Assembly (NCBI GenBank): GCA_023645945.1
Contig: JALAIB010000047.1
Location: forward strand, 1 to 41,498
Length of the DNA: 41,498 nucleotides
Direction: 5' to 3'
DNA from: Diploschistes diacapsis
Taxonomy: Eukaryota
Numbering within the stretch: the stretch's first letter is position 1; every line of letters begins with the position of its first letter. Below, in pieces: positions 1 through 11,665 of this stretch. The translations under genes were made by a program, and so were the position numbers. The notes under the pieces are model-generated. The model saw only the letters and a program-made list of their open reading frames with translations, had not been told where the DNA came from and made no database searches.

Positions 1-738
1 CTCCTCCTCGGCCTCTCCGGTCCCTCCTCATCCGGAAAAACCACCCTCGCCCGCCTCCTCCGCACCATCTTCTCCCCGCATCTGCTAATCCTGCACCAAG
101 ATGACTTCTACCGGCCCGAAGCCGAACTCCCGATCCGGCACGGCCTGCGCGACTGGGACTGTGCCGAGGCCATCGACATTCCCGCCTTCGTCTCTACCCT
201 ACAGTTTATCAAGGAGCAGGGCAGGTTGCCGGACGATCTCGTGAGCAAAGAGGACCAGAACACGGTCGGGGAGAGCGGCGTGAGCGAGGAGGAGGTGGCA
301 GGGCTCAAGGCTCGGGTGGTGCGGAGATGGGGGGAACGCAGGCTGGGTGAGAGGAGGATTGTGGTTGTGGATGGGTTTCTGTTGTTTGGAGAGAGCGTGC
401 CGGAGGTCAGGGAGATGTTTGACTTGAGGATCATGCTGCGGACGAGCTACGAGGTGGCAAAGGCAAGGAGGGAGGCAAGGACCGGCTACGTTACGCTGGA
501 GGGCTTCTGGGAGGATCCGCCCGGTTACGTGGACTTCATTGTCTGGCCGGGATATGTGAAGGAGCATAAGTACCTCTTCAGGGACAATGATGTGGAGGGA
601 CAGGTGGACGAGGACGTCACCAAGAAGCTTGGTATAGAAGTTTGCCCTGGCAAGGGCGCATCGGCGATGAAAGTCCTAGTAGGGTGGGCTGTTGACCTTG
701 TTGTTGAAAAATTGATGACTCTTGATGCACTGAAATGA
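1..738 (+). CDS. NRK1: Nicotinamide riboside kinase (uridine-kinase-like P-loop kinase), 5' end outside window
   Basis: Frame 1 is open from base 1: LLLGLSGPSSSGKTTLARLL (P-loop), HQDDFY, DWDC, VVVDGFLL, RREARTGYVTLEGFWEDPPGYVDFIVWPGY. Stop TGA at 736-738. Confidence 0.85.
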   Translation, partial: LLLGLSGPSSSGKTTLARLLRTIFSPHLLILHQDDFYRPEAELPIRHGLRDWDCAEAIDIPAFVSTLQFIKEQGRLPDDLVSKEDQNTVGESGVSEEEVAGLKARVVRRWGERRLGERRIVVVDGFLLFGESVPEVREMFDLRIMLRTSYEVAKARREARTGYVTLEGFWEDPPGYVDFIVWPGYVKEHKYLFRDNDVEGQVDEDVTKKLGIEVCPGKGASAMKVLVGWAVDLVVEKLMTLDALK

Positions 739-922
739 TACTTGTTCCAAGAGGGCATTTGTTCCGATTTGATTTCCTACCTGGGAGGAAAGCGTCGCCG
801 GCATCAGGATAGCGGCAAACCACTCAAAAGTTTAAGACGCGATCCGAGTAAACAAGATACAGCACCCAAGACAACAATCAGACCAATAATCAAGAGAGTG
901 CTGGAGAAGTCGAGCCTGCGCT

Positions 923-3900
923 TCAAATAGAAATAAACCAGCTCTTCTCTCCGTCATTTGGAACCACCACAGATCGCTTCAATATAGGGTCTACGCAACT
1001 CACTCTTATCCTTTCAGGGGTTGCCGGACTCTGCAAGCTGAGCACATCATCAACGCCATACTGCTCCCGAGCAGCTTTGAGAGCGTCCCTAATAGCAAAG
1101 AAGACCACGCTGCCCATGAAGAACGGTGGCTCTCCTACGCCTCTTGAGCGTTGAATTGTTCTTAGATTCTCCCACTCAACGTCTTTGAGCAGGCTCACAT
1201 TAAACTCTTGGGGAATATCCCTGAATCCGGGAATCTTATACGCTCCTGGGCCTTTTGTCCAAAGCTGGCCAGAGCTCCTCTGCCACAAGCTTTCTTCAGT
1301 AGTGAACAGCCCTTGACCTTGGATGAAGGCGCCTTCGATTTGACCGTAGTCAATAGCCGGATTAATGGACCTCCCAACGTCCATTTTTATGTCCGCTCGT
1401 AGACATGTCCAATCACCCGTAAGAGTGTCGACCTCGACTTCTGCAGCAGCCACTCCTTGAGTGAAGTAGAAAAACATTTGCCCCTTGTTCTCGCCCCACA
1501 CGTAGCCAATATCGGGAGTCTTGTAGAAGCCATTCGCCGAAAGATTAACACGATCGAAGTATGCCGCATGAGCAAGCTGCTTCATGTGAGCGTCTTTACC
1601 AAATTTCTCCCTATACGGGGCAAGCCTCCGGTTGAGCTTCTCACAGGCGTCAACAATGGCATAACCATTCAAATCACTCGACGCTGAGGCAGCGGTAGAG
1701 GAGGTATTGGCAACAGTGTTGGTAGCGCTTTCGGATATGTAGACATCTTCAAGCGGGATACCTAGAGCTTGTGCTGCCACCATGGTCATCTTGGTGTGCA
1801 GTCCTTGGCCCATTTCTGTTCCACCATGAGCGACCAGAACCGAGCCATCATGATAAATGTGAACCAAGGCACCAGCCTGGTTCAGAAACAAGGCGGTGAA
1901 GGAAATTCCAAACTTCGTGGGAATGAGGGCTATACCCCTCTTCCTCCATTTGCTCTGCTTGTTGAAAGATTGAATAGCTATTTTCCTTGAATCATAGTCC
2001 GATTCTTTCTTGACTTGCTTGTACATCAGCGGAACATACCAGTCCTTAAGTTCCTGGAGAAAGTGGGTCTTTTCGCCAGGCTCGTACATGTTTATACACC
2101 GCAACTCTTCTACTGGCATCTTTAATCTGTCCGCCACTTCTTCCATGAAGGATTCTGCGATGAACATGCCCTGTGGGCCGCCGAAGCCCCTGAATGCAGT
2201 ATTTGAGACTGTGTTCGTCTTGACTACTCTCCCACGAACAAATACGTTCGGTATCTTGTAACATCCGTCGATGTGAGACAGAGCCCTCTCACAGACAGCA
2301 CCACTGAGATCCTGGCTCCAGCCAGCGTTACAGAATATGTCCGCATCGAGAGCTTGGATCTTCCCATCTCCATTCACAGCAACCCTCCATCTTCCGAGGA
2401 AAGGATGTCGTTGTCCAGATGTCACCATGTCCTCATCCCTGTTGAGCATGCATCTAACTGGACGCTTTGTCTTCTTTGCTGCTACCGCACATATGGATGC
2501 CAGCTGAATTGACCGAGTCTCCTTACCACCAAACCCACCCCCAATTCTCTTCACTTTTGAGACAATCTTGTTAGCTGCGACGCCGGTTACTTTGGCCACG
2601 TACGATTGCCTTTGGTTATGAGTTACGAATTTCCAAGCAGGGAGTTCTTACTCACGTTTCTGTCGGGTTTTGAGTGCTACTCCAGATCTCCATTTCTCCA
2701 TCTTCTGGCTTGGGAATGGCAACGCACGCTTGGGTTTCGAGGTAGAAATGCTCCTGGCCCCCAATCCGAGCAATACCGCTGAAGACATGATCTGCTTCGC
2801 GGAAGGCCTTATCCACATCCCCATTTTTGATATAGCGATAGTGTGGGTGATAGCTTTCGGCGGCTATGGCCTCTTCTATAGTAAAGATGGTTGGTAGCTC
2901 TTCGTACTTTATTTTGACTGCACGGGCACCTGCCTCTGCCTGCTTAGCCGATGTCGCTAGAATCATACCAATAGGCTGTCCATGTGTGAAAACTTCGTCG
3001 AGGGCGAAGAAGGTCTCATCACAGTTTGGCGCACCCCACCAATTGACCTCAGGATTAGGCAAGTCCCTATGATCGACATAATCGACAACGCCGGGAACAT
3101 CAAAAGCAGGATCGGTATCTATGTCCAAAATCTTGGCGTGAGCCTTTGCAGAGAGAACCAAAACACCGTAAAGCTCGTTTTTCTGAACGGGTATGTCATC
3201 GGTATATTGAGCCTCCCCAGTACATTGCTTCAGCGCTGAAATGTGAGGTTTTGCTTTGCCTAGGATTCTTTGCTCATAAGCTTTTGTCGCTTCACTGTCT
3301 TTCTTTCCGAACGAGATTATCCGTTCGATCTCGGAAGTAGCATCGACCTCGAGGTTGGCAGAGTCTGTCTCAAGCTTCTGCAGTACCTCGTGATAAAATC
3401 TATAGAAAAATCCAAGGGCAAGCGACTTCCTGTAGGTTGGCATTCCCCCAGGGACACCGAAGCGAAGGTCAAAGTCCTCACTAAGTGCATCCATAACTCC
3501 TTCGAGAGTCTGGAGATCAGTAAACTTCTTGCCTTTCAAGAATTCGATTGCCCCCTGCGCTGCTTTTGTCGTCACTGCCAACCCGCCGTAGATAAGATTC
3601 GCACTTTCGACCTCTGCTCTGCTATCCAAAGAGACTCTAAGAGCTGCATTGACTATGGCAATATCGTCATCTTTCCTTTTTGCCTGCTTATAGGCGCGGA
3701 GGTACTCTCCATCTGGTCTAGCGATCGGTATCTTGAGCGCAGCAATGACGGCGTCTGCTGGCAGAGATGTGGTCCTATAGCCTTGAAAGAAATCTGACAT
3801 GGAAATCTCCACTGTTTTGTGCAAGGATTTTACCACCAAAACGGTATTCGTCGCCATAAAGACTGGGTTGAGATCCGATATTGGGGATGCCGTTGCCAGG

Positions 3901-5142
3901 TTGCCTGCTGGTGTCCCGACGTTGCGAATTTGGCGACCAGCAAAGTATCTGATTTGCTTGTAGATCGCCTGGAAAGGTTGGGCCTTGGCAGGACCGTAAT
4001 GCTCAATAGCTTTGACGCAGATCTCTTCAAGGTCTGTTAGCACGACATTCCCACCCAAAATAACATGGTTTTCTTCAAATGAGAATTGGCGTAGCTCTTG
4101 AATGTCTCCAACGTAGACACAGGGTGAGTAGTGTAATGCTTTGAATTTGACCTCGATCTGCGTCTCGGTACTTCCGCCAATAATCTTAGCCGAAGGATAC
4201 GCATTCTTGATCTCAAGAAGTTGCCTCAGCGTTATGGGTCGAAGCCACTTCTTTCTCTTGTTTCCAAAAGCGAGAGGTTTGAATTCATGTTTCGTAAGTG
4301 CAGGCGGAAAGATGAGCTCAGTGTCCGGGTTATATACAATGAAGCCGGGAGGAGTAAATCTCTTTACTGGTTGCTGGGAATCAGCTGCGTTGTCATCCTT
4401 CATGCAACATCCTGCACCGTTACTCGATCCATTTTCCATGCAGCACCCACTGCCACCATTAGAACCAGCTTTCCCGCACGATTTTTTAACGCTAAATGAC
4501 TGGGCAGCGTCAAGGATTGGCCGATAGCCCGTACAGCGACAAAGGTTTCCGTCGAAAGCCTCTTCTATTTCCTCCTCGGTGGGGTCTCCTGTGTTCCGTA
4601 ACAATGCATAAAGGCTCTATAGCCACTTAGCAGGACTTCATTGAGTACCAAACAACATCGTACCATGACTATCCCCGGCGTACAGAAGCCACACTGGCTA
4701 CCGCTGCCCATTGCAATTCGTTCTTGAGCCGGATGGGGTTGCTTAACATTTCCAATGCCCTCCACCGTAATGACATGCTTTCCATCGACACTAACTAGCG
4801 GTGCGAGACATGCATTGGTAGAAGCATGATAAACCCTCTTGGTCGTGGGGTTCCTTTGGGAGATGACCTCCAAGCCGTCAGGGGCAGTCTCGGGCAAAGT
4901 TTAGGATGGCAACTCACCACTGTGCAAGCGCCGCACCCACCCTCGGCGCAGCCAAGCTTCGTTCCTGTCAAGCCGACACCTCTGAGATACTCCAGCAGTG
5001 TGACCTCTGGGTCGATGGAGTCCAGGACAACTTTTGTTCCATTAAGGTAGAATCTGATAGTGTCGTCCCATTCGTCGGTAACATCTCGTAGGGAGGTCAC
5101 GTATTGGTTAGGGATGGCTGGTTCGACAATACCAGGGGCCAT
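923..5142 (-). CDS. hxA: Xanthine dehydrogenase (purine hydroxylase I), about 1358 aa, 4 exons
   Basis: Exons 5142-4918, 4867-4664, 4616-2656, 2609-923. 2Fe-2S motifs [18 protein letters not shown] and [12 protein letters not shown] domain [11 protein letters not shown]. Moco domain [35 protein letters not shown]. The FTAL motif (not FATAL) indicates HxA rather than HxnS. Confidence 0.96.
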
Positions 5143-5441
5143 GGCAAAGAATTAAGAGGAGAGCAAAATGAATATACGAGTTTTGAGCATCTAGAGTTCT
5201 CTTTCCTTTCGCTCATGTACACTACATGAAGGGTACACGGAACAGATTTGAGCCTGAACGAGGAAAATCACACAGATTAAGGAAGAATTTGCCTTTAAGG
5301 CGACCTCTGAATGAAGGAAGGCACATACGAAGGCGGCAAGTTCTAATATGAAATACGGATACCTTATCAATGTCTAGGATCCTGACGCGGACATTGTTAT
5401 TGGTAATGGGGGTGTAGGAGATATTAACTTAGTAGATGAGG

Positions 5442-5478
5442 TGACAGAATAGTTTAGTATGACGGAATAGTTTTAGTA
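5442..5478. repeat. Imperfect 18/19-bp tandem duplication in the hxA/RSM7 divergent promoter
   Basis: TGACAGAATAGTTTAGTA followed directly by TGACGGAATAGTTTTAGTA. Confidence 0.7.
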
Positions 5479-5672
5479 TTAATACCCAACTGTAGCTAGA
5501 ATTACAGTCACCTGACTGCCAAGACGCGAGCCAGCGGTAAAATGTTGTTGCGGATCTACTGCCAAGCCCAGGAGTCTTCCCGACATCGCTCTGTCAAAAG
5601 AATATCGGGAACACTTGCTACATGTAGTACGCATTACTCTTCACCTGCTACAGGCACCTCAACAACATTATT

Positions 5673-6772
5673 ATGCCTCCAAAGATCTTATCCAGCGCTG
5701 CTGCTCGGCACCTATCTAGCCGATGCAGGTTGACCATTCAAGACAAGCCCCTCTGTTTCCAATTCGGCTCGCGGCGGAATATCAGCCACGAAGAAAAGCC
5801 TTTACCAACGGCGGACAGGCCAGGCCCCGGCCCAAACGAGCAGCAGCTTCCACATGTTAGCGAAGAAGCCGCTACAATGAGCAAGATAACAGGCGATGAA
5901 GCTCCGGACCTGGGAAAGGGAACGCCTGTACAAGAGGTAGATGATCGGGCTACAACTATGTGTATATGAAGCTAAGCTAGGAGTCAGATCTTAAAGCGCG
6001 ACGAGAAGGGACAAGAGAAGGCCCCTGAGGTGTTGAAGTCAAGTGTACAAACCAATGCCCCAAAAGGCGCAAGATCGTTTTCAACCAACGCCGGGCGAGA
6101 GCTAGAAGAGGCCATAATTCCGATCCCTGGGCAAGACGTTGAGGGAACTGGCCACAAGTTCGGGATGCCTGCCCTTCCTCTCCATGAGCGATTGCATCTG
6201 AAGCATAGAGAAGATCCAGTTATACACCAGGTGACGCAGCTCCTGATCAAAGATGGGAAGAAGAGTCGCGCACAACAAGTAAGCAATGGCATAGTGGCCA
6301 AGCTTCACATTGGCTGAGTTTACTGCAGAATGTGGCAAGAATACTGAACCATCTAAGAACAATGAGGCCCCCAGTTATAAACCCAGAAAGACCGTTGATG
6401 CCAAATGCTCCTCCTGCGTCACACCTTCCCCTAAACCCAATCACCTACCTTACCTTGGCTATTGATTCCGTTGCTCCTCTGATCAAGATCAAAGGCTATC
6501 GTGGCCTGGCAGGTGGAGGACAAGCACTGCAAATACCCATACCCATGGCGGTAAAGCAGAGACGCCGGACTGCGCTGAAATGGATACTAGACACTGCGGA
6601 AAAGAAGCCTTTCAAGGGCAGTGGTAAGGGAGGTTTTGCTCAAAGGATAGCAGAAGAGCTTGTTGCTATCGTTGAGGGAAGAAGCGGCGTTTGGGAAAAA
6701 CGAGGGAGCATTCACAAGCTTGGTGTCGGGGCACGCTCGAATCTTATCAGGTTGGCTGCGCGCAAGCGATAA
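5673..6772 (+). CDS. RSM7: Mitochondrial small-subunit ribosomal protein S7 (uS7m), about 332 aa, 3 exons
   Basis: Exons 5673-5936, 5988-6278, 6329-6772. Arg/Ser-rich presequence-like N-terminus. S7 motifs LIKDGKKSRAQ, AIDSVAPLIKI, QIPIPMAVKQRRRTALKWI, IAEELVA...VWEKR..IHK...ARSN. Confidence 0.9.
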
Positions 6773-7061
6773 CCAACATAGTGGATATTCGGTTTTCTTA
6801 TCTTCTTCTTTTGGTATGAAAACTGGCGGTAACACTTTATTATTCACTAGTCTGAGGTTATACAATGATGATATTTGCTAACAGCTAGAAATCATTTGAG
6901 TGCGTAAAATACGCATTCCACGGAGGTACCTATAGTTTTTATGCATAAATATAGTACTTACTACTAGACTACTAGTTAGTACTACTACTACTATCTCTCT
7001 GCTTGTTCCTGCCTTATCTCCAAGGACAAAGCTTTATCCGATCCATAGCCAGGGCCAACGA

Positions 7062-7079
7062 TAATCCGATATCGGATTA
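7062..7079. promoter_or_regulatory. Perfect 18-bp palindrome with CCG-N4-CGG core, candidate transcription-factor site
   Basis: TAATCCGAT|ATCGGATTA, about 385 bp upstream of the Usp gene ATG. The palindrome is observed; its function is inferred. Confidence 0.35.
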
Positions 7080-7463
7080 CCTTCACAGTATACTAAGTAC
7101 CAAAGTACGGAGTACTTAAACCATCGATATTGCCCGTTGCGCCAAGAAGGATCGGTTCAATAGATCATCATAGCCATACCGTTGTATCGAGGGATTTAGA
7201 AGAAGGTCCCCACGTTCTCCAAGCTCCAAACTTCACTCCGTCTCTTCCCGCGGTTTCCATTTACCTCAAGTTGTAGTTGCCGCCTAGCGCTACGACTTCC
7301 CCGTGATGCTGCTGAGAAAACCGGTGGAGATCTTCACGTGAGTAACTTTCGCTGTGGACTGCGACTCAGTGGAGCATGAGGATCCGTAAAGAATCGAGAA
7401 ACTGAGACTAGACAGACCACTTCATTCTCCATAGCAGAGCTATTTGTCCTCTGCCTTTCGACC

Positions 7464-9738
7464 ATGTCCCTCGAATCAGCATTGGACGAGGAGAGGAGGG
7501 AGGTGCTGAATTTACTCGAAGGACGTCCAGCAAATCATGGCATATCAGGGAGGTCGCCGCCACCCCCAATCCGCACGGTCAGTCCTGCTCCGCCGGTGCG
7601 GAGTATGCTGGACATAGACTATGTCCGACCAAGACACGCATCGATCGCGGGCATCAATACCCGCATCACGAGTCCTCCCCTCAGTGCTCCTTTAACGGGT
7701 AGCATGTTGAATCCCTACAGCCCACCCCCACCGAAATTATCGCGTAGCGCTCAGACCTCTCCAGTGGATGGTGCGTCATCAGGATTATACCGGACGCGGT
7801 CCGATGCATCGACGGGTGCCGGTGGGGGACCTCGGGCCGGGAGCGACACGAAGTCCAAGTTACCGTACTCGAAAGATCAGTTCGATATGACCTCGACGGT
7901 GACTGGTCAAGTCAAGCCGAAGAGAGTCACACAAGGTGGCAAAAAGAAGTTATCGTCGATGGCGTCCATCATACAAGGCCAAGAACTAGAGCCAGTGTAC
8001 CCATCGTTAAGCGGAGACCGCGGCCGACACAACTCTACAGCGGGTCTTATGGGCCCTCACTCGTCCAGATCCCCGTCCTCGCGTTTGAACCGCCGCTCCG
8101 ACTCTCCCGGCACCAACATGCTCAATACCAACTCCTTCAATCCTATGCCTCTGCCTAATAAATTCGTTTCGGACAGCGGCAGAGTCATAGATCTAAGCAA
8201 TGCTTATCGGAAGCTCTCCGATGCCAACTTCTACAAGTCCGGGAGCGCTCTTTCTGCACAATCTGTGCAGGACCCCGCGGTACGTGCTCGCCTGGACAGT
8301 GGGGAGGTTCTATCTCCTACGGGTGAGGTCAGACTTGGGAAGGATTACTACGATGAGAACGATGAGGACGCTGTCGAGTCGAGCGACGAGGGCAAGACTT
8401 CTGACGACGAAGCGTGGGGCTCGAGGGGCCGAAGGCGTGGTCGGTCAAAGAAAGCTAGGGGAGAAGGCAGTCAAAGTTCGAGTCCGCAGGCTGCCCAAAG
8501 CCTTCTGGCAGCTGCCGAAGAGGAGCGTAAGTGGCGAGAATGTGTATCCGCTTCCTAGAGTCCCGTGGCTGATGTTATTAGGAATCAATGTTTCCACCAA
8601 GTACAAGGTCAAATCGCTTCTGGAACCAACAGTCACCGTCATAGGGCCGACAGGCGAGAAGATAATGTCGAAGAAACCCGGTGTGCATCCGAACACCAAC
8701 TACAACGCTCAGCTGTCCAGGGGTGGTAGCCCAGGCACGTCGGATTCCGAGGACCTGAGCGATATCAAGCGAGCCCAGAAACTAGCAATTCAGTCTTCCC
8801 CAATCGACAGCAGCATTTCCCACCGAGTGATTCAGACCATCATACGCGGAGAATTCTCGAGAATGCAGCAAGAAGCAGAGGAAGGCACGCGGCGCCTGCG
8901 AACCTACCTCGTGGCAACCGACCTCAGTGCGGAGGCTGCTTATGCGCTCGAATGGACCATAGGGACGGTTCTACGGGACGGCGATACCCTGCTTGCGGTC
9001 TACTGCGTAGACGAGGAAACCGGTACCGGCAAAGCTGGCGAGCCGGAACACTTCGTTCCCGGATTGCCCGTCGGCCAGGGCGGAGCAGCGATACAGGAGA
9101 CGGCAGCAACGATGGCCAAGCTCACCGAAGCGGCCAGGACGGCGCCTTCGATGCACCTTCACTCTCCCCTCGGGCTGGGCGTCCAGCAAACCAAGAGCAG
9201 CGGTAGCCGGCACAGCTCCAGCGACTCGAGAAACGTGTCCAAGGCGGGACAGGAGCGCATACACGCAATCGACGACATCTCGCAGACTTGCATCAGGTTC
9301 TTGCGGAAGACGAAGCTGCAGGTTCGGATCGCGGTCGAGGTCATCCACTGCAAGAGTCCCAAGTACATGATCACGGAGGCTGTAAGGCTCTGCCCCCTAT
9401 GCAGACCTGACTCGGACAGGCCGCTAACGATTGCAGATCGACGTCTTGGAGCCAACGCTTGTAATCCTGGGCTCTAGAGGACGAAGCGCTCTCAAGGGGT
9501 GAGTCCCATCTACGTCCTTTAGTCCGCCGTCGCTCAGTTACCCCTTGCTAACCGTACATGTACGCACAGCGTCCTCCTCGGCTCCTTCTCCAACTATCTC
9601 GTCACCAAATCCTCGGTGCCCGTCATGGTCGCCCGCAAGAAGCTCCAGAAGCCGAACGCAAAGGAGGGCCTGCCGCGCGTCCGTCTCGCCAACAACCTGA
9701 CGCCCCTGAGGAGCTTGGCGGAGGCCAAGATCGACTGA
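7464..9738 (+). CDS. Universal stress protein (Usp) domain protein with long low-complexity N-terminus, about 697 aa, 4 exons
   Basis: Exons 7464-8526, 8582-9381, 9437-9498, 9570-9738. Usp motifs YLVATDLSAEAAYALEWTIGTVLRDGD and LVILGSRGRSALKGVLLGSFSNYLVTKSSVPVMVAR. Confidence 0.88.
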
Positions 9739-10359
9739 AGAAATTGCCATTGAAGCTTCCCACCCTGCGTTACAGCAGCATTGTTTTTTTTTTGGTTTTT
9801 TTGGTTTTTTTGGGGGTTTGTTGACAGCATTCTTGTGTGGCTAGCGTTGCGAATATCGGTTTCTTCCTTTTGTATTGTGATGATAGCACAGAAGTACATG
9901 CCTTGGAAGCTAACCGAGTTCGGAATGGGAGGGTGAGAACAGGGGACCCCATATCTCTGGGCTGATAGCACCAAACCTCGAGGTTGTATACCCGGCCTTT
10001 CTATATCGTATGGCGCGGATGATCAAGTCATATTGCTTTACATACACGTCCAATTCCGATCGACCTGCCTCCTGTTTTGAACTATCTTACCACAACTTCC
10101 GTGGTCCGTGCTTTAGCGGTTCAAAGGGTGGCTTAGCGAAACCAAAGTCGCTCTGATTTTTTTGATATGACTTGTACTACAGCGGCACCTCTAAGATGTG
10201 GGCAGACTTTTGAAAGACCGCTTGCAGAGAAGACAGATAAGCTCAAGATCACGAGGGAGATCACGAGGAGAGTGGAGATCGATCACATGGCATAGATCGA
10301 CATTGAATCTAATAACACATTGCTTCCAAGAATGAAGTCCATATATTGTTCCCTTCGCT

Positions 10360-11311
10360 TTACTGGTTTCCCCTCTCCGCATCCTCCGCATCGTTTTTCG
10401 GGACAGACACCATCTTCGGCACAGAGACAGCGTTGAGCTTCCGCATGGCCTATGATAACCAGGTTAGCAATCCGTGCAAACTTTACGCTTTCCAGCAGCT
10501 TCATTTAGGCGGCAGCAGTAGCAGCAGCAGCAGATGAGCGCCTCCACGCACCTCCCACGGCCGCGTATACCACACAAAGCTCCAGGCCCAAAACGCCCAC
10601 GCCTCGTACCACCGCAGCCACCACCAGGGACTCAACAGCTGGCTCAAGGAACTCACGTCTTTGAAGCTGCTCTCGGGCAGGTTTCCGTCCCACTTGTCCT
10701 CCACCTTGCTGATCTTGCCGGTGCTCTCGTTGTAGAAGATGAGAACCTTGCTGTCGATCACCTGCTCTTTGTTGATGCCCTTGACGACATAGCGAGTTTT
10801 GAGGTCCATCGCGATGGGGTTCCCCGCGGAGGTCACGGAGTGGTGCAGGCGCTCGATGTTCGAGAAAGCGGTTTGGAGGCCGTACTGCGTCTTCTCAGCA
10901 ACCATCGACCTCAAGCAGAACAACCAGAGGAGTCTTACCCATTGTGGCTCATACTTGGACCGCCCTAACAGATGAGTAAGCCGCCTGGACATGATAGGGA
11001 CTCCGGGGCCATCCTCAACCTTTTGCAACGGTAATTGGATCTTCAAAGGTAGCGTCATCCTCCCATAGCTGAAGCTTCTTCAGAGAAGGACGCCCGGCAA
11101 AGAGCTGGACAAAGGTCAGTTGCTGCATTTGCCTCCCTTGAAATGACTTGCATCTAGGACGGATCCAACCAAGGTCCTTTGTGAATCGTTCAGGCTCACA
11201 CCCGGGTTGGTCTTGATCTCGGTGTTCTCAATGTTTGCTTCTTCGGTACGATCAGCGACGCTCGTTTACTAGCAGGAGAAGACAAGACTGACCGGTGTGG
11301 CCGGTAGACAT
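10360..11311 (-). CDS. Uncharacterised small protein, probable SnoaL/NTF2-like fold, about 178 aa (short isoform), 6 exons
   Basis: Exons 11311-11293, 11240-11152, 11104-11020, 10964-10939, 10884-10657, 10449-10360 (537 nt, in frame). Sequence includes VGSVLDLFAGRPSLKKLQLWEDDATFEDPITVAKGR..YEPQWYGL...KISKVEDKWDG...AMRKLNAVSVPKMV. The DDATFEDP and EDKW pattern is typical of SnoaL-like proteins. Intron 2 is GC-AG. Confidence 0.75.
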
Positions 11312-11665
11312 CTTGCGTGATTGGCGTGTTAGAATTGGTGAATGGGAAGATACTGTATATTCGTAGGGCCGATATATATTTTTAAGGAATCTCGAAATCA
11401 CTGGAGAAGATGCAGAACGCATGAGGAATTGAAGGGTTTAATGTGCCTTTGAAAGCAGTATGTCTAGGTAGGATACTATGTACCTACGCAGAAACAGAAA
11501 CGCTATCGATGGTAATGATGAAAGCAACATAAAGTCATGACGCAACTGCCCATGCTGGCCTGTGTTGTACATAGTAGGGAAATGCCTCAAAGTCAGATTC
11601 CTTTAACAGAACCCATCATCACACCGACAAAGCTCGTACAAAACAGATGGAGTAGCAGTCTATTA

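Noticed and set aside
736..930. Stop-codon readthrough extension of NRK1 (frame stays open for about 63 codons)
   Set aside because: The stop context TGA TAC is not the TGA CTA readthrough motif, the extension does not end in a PTS1, and it overlaps the hxA 3' end.
1..5142. Nicotinate-utilisation (hxn-like) cluster suggested by nicotinamide riboside kinase lying next to a xanthine-dehydrogenase-family gene
   Set aside because: The enzyme has the HxA-type FTAL motif rather than the HxnS FATAL insertion, and no other hxn genes are present.
5143..5672. UaY binding site (TCGG-N6-CCGA) expected in the hxA promoter
   Set aside because: No exact match was seen. Only isolated GATA-like elements are present, too weak to call.
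6951..6993. TAC/TAG-rich tract as a RIPed transposon relic
   Set aside because: Too short, with no terminal repeats or coding remnant. More simply a degenerate (TAC)n microsatellite.
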